Shown here: positions 53,752 through 62,200 of the stretch, piece by piece
How positions within the stretch are numbered: position 1 is the first letter of the stretch
Layout: the number at the start of each line of letters is the position of its first letter
Notes under the pieces: model-generated
Databases searched by the model: none
What the model saw: only the letters and a program-made list of their open reading frames with translations
Told to the model about the DNA's origin: nothing
Position numbers and translations under genes: made by a program
DNA from: a virus
DNA length: 64,000 nucleotides
Strand: one strand, 5' to 3'
Virus record (IMG/VR): IMGVR_UViG_3300045988_172839
Coordinates: 96,001-160,000 of that record

Positions 53752-54213
53752 CTAATCTTTCAAATCCAATAAGTTAGTCGCAACTCCTACATAGTAAGAA
53801 AACTCAGAAAGTAAACCAACCGTTTCAAACCCTTTAAACAAACCTTGAATCATTGAATCCACTGCTTGCTCTGGGAAGTTGTTTGCTAACTTCAAGTAAT
53901 CGTCAAAGGTAGCGTTTGGGGTGTTCAAGTCGAGCGTGTCGCGGGCGATACCCCTAAAGTAATTCTCTACAGAAATGTAACAATGACCTTGAGGTTGGTA
54001 TTGCATGAGAATACTTGCGAAAGCACAATCACTGCCTTTGCGCCACAAGTGGAAAGTTAGTTCATCTGGGCGGATATAAAGGTTAAACTTATCATTCACA
54101 TCTCTCTTGAATGGTCGAGAAGTGTTGTAGTTCTCAACCCAATTAGAGTAAACCTTCTCTGTTGCCATAATGACAATCGCTAGTTGTGTTCTGTTGTCTA
54201 GTGTTTGGAACAT
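53752..54213 (-). CDS. small paralog family, group 4 member
   Basis: CYISVENYFRG and FSYYVGVA match LYISMEYYRRG and FSYYLGVA of 54289..54759. Confidence 0.7.
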   Translation of the reverse strand: MFQTLDNRTQLAIVIMATEKVYSNWVENYNTSRPFKRDVNDKFNLYIRPDELTFHLWRKGSDCAFASILMQYQPQGHCYISVENYFRGIARDTLDLNTPNATFDDYLKLANNFPEQAVDSMIQGLFKGFETVGLLSEFSYYVGVATNLLDLKD

Positions 54214-54288
54214 AAAATGTCACACCTCTTTCTATTTCTTAATTCTTCAAATCAAATAAAACAGTAAGAACCAATCATATCAAATAAA

Positions 54289-54759
54289 TTATCGTTTTAA
54301 TTCGTACAACTCATAAGCTACACCTAAATAATACGAGAAGTCAGGATAGTAACCAAGTTGCTCAAAGCAAGAGTATACTGCTTTAATGGTCTTGGGAAGT
54401 GTGTCTTCTTGGAAGTCTTTAACAAAAGCTAAATAAGTTGTAACATCAACCTTATTAAACGTAGTTTCAAACAATCTCAAAGTTGAACCTCTTCGATAAT
54501 ATTCCATAGAAATATATAAATCATTACCTTCTGCAAACTTAGAAGTTACTAGGAAATTGCTATAAAGCAAATCGCTATTTCTACGACAAATATCAAGGTT
54601 AAAGGATTGATTATCTAACCGAAGTTGCACATTAGAAGAACTAACATTTAACGGTTCGTTCAAATTACCATAATCATAAAGACGTTTGTAAAGTGCAGCA
54701 GAAGCCATTAAGATTAAAGCAAATTGCTCTTTCGAACTTAAAGAGTTAAAACCGGACAT
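54289..54759 (-). CDS. small paralog family, group 4 member
   Basis: start ATG 54759 (MSGFNSLSSKEQFALILMA) with AAGGAAGGGG RBS. Confidence 0.7.
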   Translation of the reverse strand: MSGFNSLSSKEQFALILMASAALYKRLYDYGNLNEPLNVSSSNVQLRLDNQSFNLDICRRNSDLLYSNFLVTSKFAEGNDLYISMEYYRRGSTLRLFETTFNKVDVTTYLAFVKDFQEDTLPKTIKAVYSCFEQLGYYPDFSYYLGVAYELYELKR

Positions 54760-54773
54760 AGGATACCCCTTCC

Positions 54774-55676
54774 TTATTTTACATAACCAAGGCTTGCGTA
54801 TGCAGACCAAAGACCTACTTTTGTAATCAAGGACTCAAACTCAGTAACGAACCCTAACGTATACTCACATGAAATTAAACCTGAAAGACGGTCTGCGTCC
54901 TCATAGAACAAACCTACTTCAGTAAATGAATCTAAATTCCCATTTTGATTTGAAAGTCTGTAAAGATAGTGATCTCGATCATCTGTTGGTACAATCGTAA
55001 ACGTAAAGTAAGCTTTATTATCAATTAAGACAGAATAAGAAAGACCGGCTTTGTTGATAGTCAATAAGGAAGTTGGGGTTGTTTCTGCATAACTTTGTTC
55101 ATCCAACATAGAATGTAATAAGAGAGTCTTATAAAAATCAGAAATGCGAAGGAATGTAGTTCTTAGTTCTTTTCTTACATCTACCTTTGTTGCGTGTTTT
55201 CGCTTTGCTAACTGTTTAGCAGTAGGCATATACTGAACTGAAGTAGATAAGAAATGATTAAAGTTTTGAGACCATGTATTATCAGCATTGAAAATGTCAA
55301 GAATACCACTCACAAAGGGAGCTAAATATTCTGAAGGAAGTTCTGCTGCTAAACGCTCGAAATCGCTATGCGCATTGAAGATACCGCGTGTTACATTTTC
55401 AAACTGAGGGTTATTTCTAACGTAAGGAGTCACTGCAAAGCTGAGTTTACGGTCTTTGTTAAATGTAAAACTAAACGTGAACCATGTCAAATAATTTTGT
55501 CTTAGTACATTTACAAAGCAACCATGGTTATCAATGTTTACTATCACTTTGTTGTTATCAAATTCAGCCGTAGCTGGTCCGTTTAGTTCTCGTCTAAGTT
55601 TCTCCCATGTATCAACCAAAGCAGTTGCTACTAATGCAAAACGTTGTTCTTTTGTATAGGGTTTCAAATCAATCAT
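54774..55676 (-). CDS. small paralog family, group 4, apparent two-domain (fused) member
   Basis: 300 aa, twice the family size; first half starts TKEQRFALVATALVDTWEKL and contains FAVTPYVRNNPQF; the second half repeats the layout. Confidence 0.55.
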   Translation of the reverse strand: MIDLKPYTKEQRFALVATALVDTWEKLRRELNGPATAEFDNNKVIVNIDNHGCFVNVLRQNYLTWFTFSFTFNKDRKLSFAVTPYVRNNPQFENVTRGIFNAHSDFERLAAELPSEYLAPFVSGILDIFNADNTWSQNFNHFLSTSVQYMPTAKQLAKRKHATKVDVRKELRTTFLRISDFYKTLLLHSMLDEQSYAETTPTSLLTINKAGLSYSVLIDNKAYFTFTIVPTDDRDHYLYRLSNQNGNLDSFTEVGLFYEDADRLSGLISCEYTLGFVTEFESLITKVGLWSAYASLGYVK

Positions 55677-56170
55677 TTTAGACCTCCATTAAAATCTGTC
55701 CAATGTACAACTTGATTAAATTCTTTGTTCAAACGATTTAATTCATCTTGTAAAATCAGTTGCAACTCAAATAAAGATTCATAGAAACTTAACCGTTGTG
55801 AGTTACTGATTGGATAGTAAAACTGTCGAACAAATTCATGCCATTCAGAGTTGTACTCTTTAAGTAAAGACTCTTTAAACTCAAACTCTACCTTACCATT
55901 ACGATAAGAACGAAATGCAGCGGAGAAAATTAAATCTGAGGATACCCCATTGATTACTTTGGATTGTCTAGTAATAGCAAGAGTTGTACTTGGTAAACCG
56001 GTAGTTCGATAAGTTACTAAAGTGAACTCTTTAAAGTTTATAGTATAAGCAAAACTAGAACTCTCTGAACTAAACTCAAAGTTTTGAAAAGGGAGTAAGT
56101 CAATCCAAGTGTTTACGACTAGGTTTAGTATTTGATACAAGTCAATCGGCTCAAGTTGTTTAGTTGCCAT
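55673..56170 (-). CDS. small paralog family, group 4 member
   Basis: DLYQILNLVVNTWIDLL N-terminus, AAFRSYRNGKVEFEF core. Confidence 0.6.
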   Translation of the reverse strand: MATKQLEPIDLYQILNLVVNTWIDLLPFQNFEFSSESSSFAYTINFKEFTLVTYRTTGLPSTTLAITRQSKVINGVSSDLIFSAAFRSYRNGKVEFEFKESLLKEYNSEWHEFVRQFYYPISNSQRLSFYESLFELQLILQDELNRLNKEFNQVVHWTDFNGGLK

Positions 56171-56639
56171 GTGAAATACCCTCTCTAAACTCTACTTCTC
56201 TATCCAACTGTGTAAGAACATCTCTTAAAGTCATTTCTAGTGCAAAACGTTGAGACTCGTTTAACTGAGCAACAATTTCTGAAACATAAGGGTACCACAT
56301 ATAAGAGTCTGTACCTAAACTATCTCTCCAAAACTCAAACTGCACCTTATCTCGATTGAAAAAGCGCACACCTGACTTAATTTCATAATCAGCAACACCA
56401 TTAACCCAAAAATCATAAGGAGGGCAATTCCCATCCAATCGAATTGAAATACTTAGGTTTAGGTGTCCATTCCCCCTAAAAGTAGTTACAACTAATGAGG
56501 AATTGTTTGCATGAATATCATAAGAAGGAGAATTAAATCTAACGATGAACTGTGGAAATCTACGACCCTCCAACCAACGGTATAGAACCTTTTGAAATAA
56601 ACTATTTAATTTAACTACTTCTACTTCTGATTGAACCAT
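56160..56639 (-). CDS. small paralog family, group 4 member
   Basis: LNSLFQKVLYRWLEG N-terminus, FFNRDKVQFEFW core (compare YRNGKVEFEF in its neighbour). Confidence 0.6.
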   Translation of the reverse strand: MVQSEVEVVKLNSLFQKVLYRWLEGRRFPQFIVRFNSPSYDIHANNSSLVVTTFRGNGHLNLSISIRLDGNCPPYDFWVNGVADYEIKSGVRFFNRDKVQFEFWRDSLGTDSYMWYPYVSEIVAQLNESQRFALEMTLRDVLTQLDREVEFREGISHGN

Positions 56640-56643
56640 CTAA

Positions 56644-57120
56644 TTAACCTCCAATCCAACCGTTGAGAACCGCAAAGCGGTGTTGATAACCCTGAAACTG
56701 TGACTCTAAACCAATCAACGTAAAGAAGAAAGGTAAAGAGCGTAGAATAGAAACATACGCAGGTTGCGGAACAACATCTAGTAAGACTTTAAAATCTTCT
56801 ACCGAGAAAGCAACTCCTTCGAGTGCTTTTGTATCCACTAACTTACCATGAGAGTAGTTTTGAACCATCAAATTCAACTCTAAACCATTGTCTGCGACTG
56901 TAAAATACAAAGACACAAATGGTCGTCCTAACTGTCTTAAGACGGTGTAACTAAAGGTATTTGAAGTACAGAACCATTCTACTCCGTCTTGTTTTAAACC
57001 GTCAGCGCTAATGCTTTGTAAGTACCTAGAGTTATCAAACCAAACTTGAAAGGCAGAGCGCATTGCTAATAAAACTTGTACATTCTCTGGTAATTCGTTG
57101 ACATATTGTGCCATCATAAC
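56644..57120 (-). CDS. small paralog family, group 4 member
   Basis: start ATG 57120 (MMAQYVNELPENVQVLLAMRSAFQVWF) with GAAGGAG RBS; promoter 57157-57185. Confidence 0.6.
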   Translation of the reverse strand, partial: VMMAQYVNELPENVQVLLAMRSAFQVWFDNSRYLQSISADGLKQDGVEWFCTSNTFSYTVLRQLGRPFVSLYFTVADNGLELNLMVQNYSHGKLVDTKALEGVAFSVEDFKVLLDVVPQPAYVSILRSLPFFFTLIGLESQFQGYQHRFAVLNGWIGG

Positions 57121-57156
57121 TTTCTTCTCCTTCAATCTCAAAATCTTGTTAAAAAT

Positions 57157-57185
57157 AGTATAACAAATGGAGAGAATGTTTGCAA
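57157..57185 (-). promoter_or_regulatory. sigma-A-type promoter of paralog group 4
   Basis: TTGCAA-17-TATACT. Confidence 0.6.
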
Positions 57186-57205
57186 GTAAATAAGATGGAA
57201 AATAA

Positions 57206-57234
57206 GAAAAAGTTCCAATCTAAAGGTTGGAACT
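57206..57234 (-). terminator. intrinsic terminator
   Basis: AGTTCCAA-8 nt-TTGGAACT then TTTTTC. Confidence 0.65.
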
Positions 57235-57343
57235 ATGAATTAGAGGATACCGCTAGGTAAAGAAAAAGAAAGCACATTAGACTATTACGCGCTTTCTCTT
57301 CTGAATTATGGGGTGTACAAGCTGTTGCAAGTACATGGGTAAG

Positions 57344-57538
57344 TCAGTCTTTTTCAACTGTAATGGTAAATTTCCTACCATTCATGTCTAAAGGCAAGAC
57401 TGCGCCCTCTTTGTTTTTATCGCTCACTAAATCTAAAAGAATTTCTAAGACTTGTTTCCCTAGTAAGAGTTGAGTTTCCAAAACGTTTGAATCTGTGTTG
57501 TTCATAGGCTTACGCGTCTTCTTCTTCGTCTTTTCCAC
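57344..57538 (-). CDS. hypothetical small protein (53-64 aa)
   Basis: track start is GTG 57538; ATG 57505 (MNNTDSNVLE) lies 5 nt after the upstream TAA and is more likely. Confidence 0.45.
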   Translation of the reverse strand: MEKTKKKTRKPMNNTDSNVLETQLLLGKQVLEILLDLVSDKNKEGAVLPLDMNGRKFTITVEKD

Positions 57539-57950
57539 CTAGCAAACGCTCTGCACTTGCAAAGTGAAGGTCAAGCAAGTTACGGACATCTTCGTTGTCC
57601 TCAACCAAGGTAAGCATGCTTTCATCATCTTTTGGTAGTTTCTCAACGATTTGACCGATATAAGTCATAACTGTGTTCTTAACGAGGTCATCTGCGTTCA
57701 AACCAAGTTTTTCGAAAGTTTCTTTAGTTCCAAGGATACGGGTAATGGCAGTTACCATTGTGTCGAGTGTTACATAAACTGAGTCACTACGAACGTGAGA
57801 CTCACGGATTGAACTAAAACCTACCTTATCGTCTTGCTCAAAAGTTGCAAGAGACACGAAAGACATAGGAGCTAATGTTTCTTCCCCTCGGTCTTCCCAA
57901 AACTGTAGGTGTTCTTTTAAATCCATAGCTGGGCTAGTTTTTGTTGTCAT
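57510..57950 (-). CDS. acidic protein family member (146 aa)
   Basis: same layout as 58332 and 48860 (..LKEHLQFW.., ..FEKLGLNADDL.., acidic tail); promoter 57985-58013 and AAAGGAG RBS. Confidence 0.6.
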   Translation of the reverse strand: MTTKTSPAMDLKEHLQFWEDRGEETLAPMSFVSLATFEQDDKVGFSSIRESHVRSDSVYVTLDTMVTAITRILGTKETFEKLGLNADDLVKNTVMTYIGQIVEKLPKDDESMLTLVEDNEDVRNLLDLHFASAERLLGGKDEEEDA

Positions 57951-57984
57951 AAAGTTCTAACTCCTTTAATTTTAAGTATAATTC

Positions 57985-58013
57985 ATTATAACACAACTAA
58001 GTCTTAAAGTCAA
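57985..58013 (-). promoter_or_regulatory. sigma-A-type promoter
   Basis: TTGACT-17-TATAAT. Confidence 0.65.
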
Positions 58014-58015
58014 CA

Positions 58016-58038
58016 GAAAAAGACCACCGAAGTGGACT
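58016..58038 (-). terminator. intrinsic terminator, UUCG loop
   Basis: CCAC-UUCG-GUGG core with extra flanking pairs, then TCTTTTTC. Confidence 0.5.
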
Positions 58039-58150
58039 TTTCATAGCCGTTTAATAGTGTGTCCGTTTGATATTCGGTTCGTTTTGTTCTTTGGTCTAGC
58101 AAGGCACCACCCAAGCATCCTTGACCAAAAGAAATTCATAACCTAACTTC
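58016..58150 (-). ncRNA. candidate small RNA 2 (promoter-to-terminator unit, ~135 nt)
   Basis: TTGACA-17-TATACT promoter at 58157-58185 and UUCG-loop terminator at 58016-58038; the only ORF is a 33-codon one with a poor RBS. Confidence 0.3.
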
Positions 58151-58156
58151 TCTAAT

Positions 58157-58185
58157 AGTATAGCACAAAAGCTTTGATTTGTCAA
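58157..58185 (-). promoter_or_regulatory. sigma-A-type promoter (candidate sRNA 2)
   Basis: TTGACA-17-(TGc)TATACT. Confidence 0.65.
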
Positions 58186-58210
58186 CAAAAAAAGAGGGGA
58201 ACTACCCCTC
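58186..58210 (-). terminator. intrinsic terminator
   Basis: GAGGGG-tagtt-CCCCTC then T7, running into the next -35 TTGACA. Confidence 0.75.
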
Positions 58211-58290
58211 TTCCCCATATTATTACGGATCGTTTAACAATTTACAAGACCGTTCCCTTTTATAGTTAATCACCCCTAGTTCTTAACTAC
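58186..58290 (-). ncRNA. candidate small RNA 1 (promoter-to-terminator unit, ~105 nt)
   Basis: TTGACA-17-TATACT promoter at 58297-58325 and GAGGGG/CCCCTC hairpin plus T7 run at 58186-58210; no ORF. Confidence 0.3.
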
Positions 58291-58296
58291 ATCATT

Positions 58297-58325
58297 AGTA
58301 TAGCACAAAAACTAAATTTTGTCAA
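58297..58325 (-). promoter_or_regulatory. sigma-A-type promoter (candidate sRNA 1)
   Basis: TTGACA-17-(TGc)TATACT. Confidence 0.65.
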
Positions 58326-58331
58326 GAATGT

Positions 58332-58838
58332 TTATACTTCTGCACCTTCAATATAAACCATAGAAGACATGTGACTATCTAAAAAATCCACTAATTCTGG
58401 GTGTTCTTGTATCAAATCATCTAAATCATCAGTAGTTTCTAGTTCAGAGTGAACATCAAGACCCAAAGATGACTCAATGCGAAAAGCCAAAAATTGTACA
58501 ACCTCATAAGCTAAAGCAACTTTATCGATACCAAACTGGTCTAAACGGTTCTCACTATCCATTGCAGTTAAGGTGGTTTCAACTGCACTCAATAACAGTG
58601 AATAATACTGATGGTTAGAGCAAGTCAACATAACCTCACCGTGAGAGTCTTCTTCATCTGTACCTTCAACAGACGCAACAGTTAGAACACCAGAGATAGG
58701 TTTCTCTTCTTTCAAGAGACCATGTGTAAACGCTAAATGGTCTTTCAACATTTGCTGAGTTTGCTCTTTTGTTAAAACGTTAAAGGTAGGTGTAGAATCA
58801 ACTTCCCCAATTTGAGAAATTTGTGATTTTGTGGACAT
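58332..58838 (-). CDS. acidic protein family member (168 aa)
   Basis: see 48860..49327; promoter 58873-58901 and AAAGGAG RBS. Confidence 0.65.
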   Translation of the reverse strand: MSTKSQISQIGEVDSTPTFNVLTKEQTQQMLKDHLAFTHGLLKEEKPISGVLTVASVEGTDEEDSHGEVMLTCSNHQYYSLLLSAVETTLTAMDSENRLDQFGIDKVALAYEVVQFLAFRIESSLGLDVHSELETTDDLDDLIQEHPELVDFLDSHMSSMVYIEGAEV

Positions 58839-58872
58839 GGATTATCTCCTTTAGTCTAAATTTTATGTATTT

Positions 58873-58901
58873 ATTTTATCATAAAATAAATAAAAAGTCA
58901 A
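58873..58901 (-). promoter_or_regulatory. sigma-A-type promoter
   Basis: TTGACT-17-TAAAAT. Confidence 0.6.
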
Positions 58902-58903
58902 AC

Positions 58904-58924
58904 GAAAAACGCACTAAAGTGCGT
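58904..58924 (-). terminator. intrinsic terminator
   Basis: ACGCAC-ttta-GTGCGT then TTTTCGTTTGAC, running into the -35 box. Confidence 0.6.
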
Positions 58925-59077
58925 TCCGTCAGCATTTAAAAGGAATTTCTAAATAAAAACCAAAAAATGAAAATTACCAATAAGCTAATTAAAGCCCCTT
59001 TTGTGTGGTCTTGCAAAGAAGACCACCAACGTTTGAAAAATCGAATCATCTTAAGGATACCCAACCTTTCTAACTAC

Positions 59078-59506
59078 TTAATTCCAACCGCTATCAGATT
59101 GAAACCAATCTTCATCTACTTCAACTTCGCTCACTGCGAGTTTTTCCTCTTGTTCTTCTCTCTTTAAATACTCCGACCTACGAACCCACAAGAAGTAACA
59201 GAAACCACAAATGAGTGCAAAGCAAATCAAAGTTAAGACCCACAAGAGAATTTCATTACTAGTGTAGCGGAACCAAAATTGCATAATGGTTCCTAACAAG
59301 ACCAAAATGAGCTTATAAAGAGTGAATAGCAAAGCCAAGGATACCGCTAGACCAATTAGACCAAAGACAAATAACCTAGTCTTTCTATGTCTCTTAAAAT
59401 AAGACACCAAACGCTTTAAAAAAGATTCTTTAGGTTGTTTGGTTTGGTGAGTATTTGATACCGAAAGAGAAGTTGGTTTAGAGGTTTTCTGTTTACGTTT
59501 AAACAT
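59078..59506 (-). CDS. membrane protein (142 aa)
   Basis: basic N-terminus, then helices LFVFGLIGLAVSLALLFTLYKLILVLLGTIM and ILLWVLTLICFALICGFCYFLWV. Confidence 0.6.
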   Translation of the reverse strand: MFKRKQKTSKPTSLSVSNTHQTKQPKESFLKRLVSYFKRHRKTRLFVFGLIGLAVSLALLFTLYKLILVLLGTIMQFWFRYTSNEILLWVLTLICFALICGFCYFLWVRRSEYLKREEQEEKLAVSEVEVDEDWFQSDSGWN

Positions 59507-59509
59507 CTG

Positions 59510-61372
59510 TTAATCCTCCAACTCAGCTTTCTTACGAGCTTCAAGCTCTTCTTTCGCCAAACGCTCAAGGGCTTTTTGGTCTGCTTGGGCTTTATTTTCT
59601 ACAAGTTTCTTCGTATTGCGCTCCATCTTACGTCCATACTGGTCGTAAATTTCATCCCCTAAAGCATTGATATAAACTGCTTCAAACTTGTGGTTAAAGG
59701 TCTTGCCCCACATCAAGTTCAAAGTCTTAGTTTCCTTAGTATTAAACCAATCGACCATCTCTGCAGTTCCACGTGCAGCAATTTTAGCACGTTCTTGGAG
59801 ACCATACATGTTGCCCGTTCTGTTAATTAAGTTTTGTTCTGGGTCGGCTAACGTAAACTCAGAATCAACCTCAATTTCTTTATCAGACAAGTTTTCTACT
59901 TGGAAGTGAACAGTACCTAAAACCAAATCAGAAACATTGGTAAAGCCTTTGTTCTTATCGTTAAAGGTTTGAACATCTTTAATAGCTTCATCACCCACTA
60001 ACACCTTAGTTACAGTTACTCGAACATCTTGGTAATTACCTGACGTGTCTTGCATTTTTGTAACAAACGGTGTGCCTAAAGTGACTGGATCATCATACTT
60101 TCCTGAACCGATATGAACATTGGTACTTTTCGCATCGCTTTCTTTACTTGCAATGTAAGTGGATCCGACCCACCCATAGGAAACAACTTTATCGAGGTTT
60201 TTCTCACCATTAGCATAAGTGTAAGGACTAGGCTCAACTTTTTTCAGCTCAAGCCATGAAGATACCGCACTATCGTAAGTTGGATTGTCTAACTTATCGA
60301 AAGTATTAGGGTTTTCAACATTTACTTGCTCTGTAGTACCCTTATCTGTTTTCTTGGTTTGTTTTACTTCACGTGCTTTCAAACCAAGGTAAGGGCGCAA
60401 GTTGTTGATATAAGTTGATAACTCTCTCTCTCTGGCAGACCACTCAGAATGAGCCTTACTTTCACTCTTTTCTCCGTAGCTATCCTCAGTTACACCCACA
60501 AAGAAATCTTGTGAAGTGTGCAATTTCTCAGCACTAAAGACTTCTTTATCAAGTGTAGTTGTGAACTCAGCAGTGAGCTTGTTGTCTGAGGATACCGCTC
60601 CTGCAACTTCAGTTGTTTTGTAAGGTTTTGGAATATCAGAACCTTGCATATATGAAGCTACATAAGCGTTTTTGTACTCTAACATATCTGCTAAATTTTG
60701 TGCGATATACTTAGCGTAAGCGTCTACTAAATCGTCTTTGTAAGTATAAGAGTCTTTCTTTAAGTCTTTTGTTAAAGCCTTGATTTTATCATGGTCTACA
60801 TGTTTTACAACCCAACCGACATATTCCCAGTTGGGAGACTTAATCGTAGCGTCAGAACCGTTTAATTCAACGGTTACTGCTTTAGAGACTGCACCTACAA
60901 AGTCAGTGCGTGAGGTGTTGGTGCTTACATAGGTCAAATTCAAATCCCATAAGGAAACACCGTTTGTCTCAGAAGTATCTGAAATCTCAGCCAAAGAAAA
61001 CTGTGATACACCACTTGAAATCTTATCTTGCAAATCCTTCAAAGCATCTTCTTTTGCTTTCTTTTCAATCGCTACCTTTTGGTTATGCTTATATACCAAA
61101 GTCGAACCCGCACCAATGATACCGAGAGTTGCTAGAACACCTAATGTTATCCACAACTTTTTATAGGACTTCTTAGGGGGTTCTTGTTGAGGGTTTTTAA
61201 AAGGTAAACCTCCACCTTGGTTAAAGTTAGAATTAAACCCACCACCTTGGAAACCGCCCTGAGAGGGTTGTTGACCTCCAAAACCACCTTGGGAGTTAGA
61301 ACCAAAGGAGCCGTTCCCTTTAGAGTTCGAACTAGAAGAACCCGAACCAAATAAATCTACTTGATCACTCAT
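59510..61372 (-). CDS. single-pass membrane protein with G/S/Q/N-rich N-terminus and large extracytoplasmic domain (620 aa)
   Basis: low-complexity GSGSSSSNSKGNGSFGSNSQGGFGGQQ, TM helix LWITLGVLATLGIIGAGSTLVY, about 520 aa outside; no family call. Confidence 0.6.
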   Translation of the reverse strand: MSDQVDLFGSGSSSSNSKGNGSFGSNSQGGFGGQQPSQGGFQGGGFNSNFNQGGGLPFKNPQQEPPKKSYKKLWITLGVLATLGIIGAGSTLVYKHNQKVAIEKKAKEDALKDLQDKISSGVSQFSLAEISDTSETNGVSLWDLNLTYVSTNTSRTDFVGAVSKAVTVELNGSDATIKSPNWEYVGWVVKHVDHDKIKALTKDLKKDSYTYKDDLVDAYAKYIAQNLADMLEYKNAYVASYMQGSDIPKPYKTTEVAGAVSSDNKLTAEFTTTLDKEVFSAEKLHTSQDFFVGVTEDSYGEKSESKAHSEWSARERELSTYINNLRPYLGLKAREVKQTKKTDKGTTEQVNVENPNTFDKLDNPTYDSAVSSWLELKKVEPSPYTYANGEKNLDKVVSYGWVGSTYIASKESDAKSTNVHIGSGKYDDPVTLGTPFVTKMQDTSGNYQDVRVTVTKVLVGDEAIKDVQTFNDKNKGFTNVSDLVLGTVHFQVENLSDKEIEVDSEFTLADPEQNLINRTGNMYGLQERAKIAARGTAEMVDWFNTKETKTLNLMWGKTFNHKFEAVYINALGDEIYDQYGRKMERNTKKLVENKAQADQKALERLAKEELEARKKAELED

Positions 61373-61390
61373 ACACTATCACCTCACTTT

Positions 61391-62200
61391 CTAATATCCA
61401 AATGCGTCCATTAGAGCTGATGTATTTACTAGAGGGTCAATTTGAGACTCAGTTGAAGAAACCTCTTCTGAATTAGTAGATACAGCTTGCGTAGGTTCTT
61501 CTACTAATTCAGTTAGTTTCTCATCTTTTTCTACAACCTCATTTTGAGGCTCTGTCGCGCCCTCTGGTGCATTTTCTTGCTCTTGGGGTGTACTTGTATT
61601 CTCAATCGTCTCAACTGCAACTAATGGCTCTGTGGGAGCTTCTGATATAGGTTGTTCAACACCTAAATTATTAGACTTAGTAGATAGAATTTCATGAACC
61701 ATACTTGCTACCAAATCTTTTAAATCCATAGGATTTACAGTTTGACCAACCTCAGAAAGTGTTGATACCCATTGAGGTGTATGTTCTCCCTCACTAGTGT
61801 TATTTGTAGTTGAACCTTTCTCAACTAGTTCCAAACCTAAATCATCTAGCAAATCTAACAAAGCCGATTTAACATCAACCAAAGGCATATCAAGACCACC
61901 AAAGTGCTTAATTTCAGCACTTCGAAGAGTGGATACCCAATCTGCAAAAGGTTCTTCAATCTTTAAGGCTAACCACTTCTCATACAAATTTGCTTGAATG
62001 GTAGACTGCTGCAAGTCATTATAAGCCACAGACTGGTCAGACAAACCAAGCAAGAACTGAGTGGTGGAGACCCTATCTTGAAGCAAAGCATTTAACAACA
62101 ACGAAATATAACTACTTAATTTCTTCTCTGTACGGAGGACTCCAACCAAGTTTGATTGTTCCTCAGTTACACGTACAGACAACGTTTCTCTCAAACTCAA
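61391..62200 (-). CDS. ribbon-helix-helix-like N-terminus, acidic C-terminal tail
   Basis: probable TTG start at 62200 overlapping the upstream TGA (ATTTGA), with AGAGGAGGTG RBS; LSVRVTEEQSNLVGVLRTEKKLSSYISLLLNALL fits the RHH (CopG/ParG-like) beta-alpha-alpha pattern. Confidence 0.45.
   Translation of the reverse strand: MSLRETLSVRVTEEQSNLVGVLRTEKKLSSYISLLLNALLQDRVSTTQFLLGLSDQSVAYNDLQQSTIQANLYEKWLALKIEEPFADWVSTLRSAEIKHFGGLDMPLVDVKSALLDLLDDLGLELVEKGSTTNNTSEGEHTPQWVSTLSEVGQTVNPMDLKDLVASMVHEILSTKSNNLGVEQPISEAPTEPLVAVETIENTSTPQEQENAPEGATEPQNEVVEKDEKLTELVEEPTQAVSTNSEEVSSTESQIDPLVNTSALMDAFGY

Noticed and set aside
58016-58150. A type I toxin peptide (33 codons, MNFFWSRMLGWCLARPKNKTNRISNGHTIKRL) in candidate sRNA 2
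   Set aside because: The hydrophobic segment is too short for a TM helix, the Shine-Dalgarno sequence is weak and too close to the ATG, and no convergent antisense promoter is visible.
58925-59077. A hidden gene or RNA in the 150-nt gap after 59078..59506, including plus-strand ORF 58967..59167 and hairpin GTGGTCTT..AAGACCAC (59003-59026)
   Set aside because: The plus-strand ORF overlaps the minus-strand membrane protein gene and has no promoter or RBS. The hairpin has no U-tract on either strand. I treat this as 3' UTR ahead of the terminator at 58904-58924.
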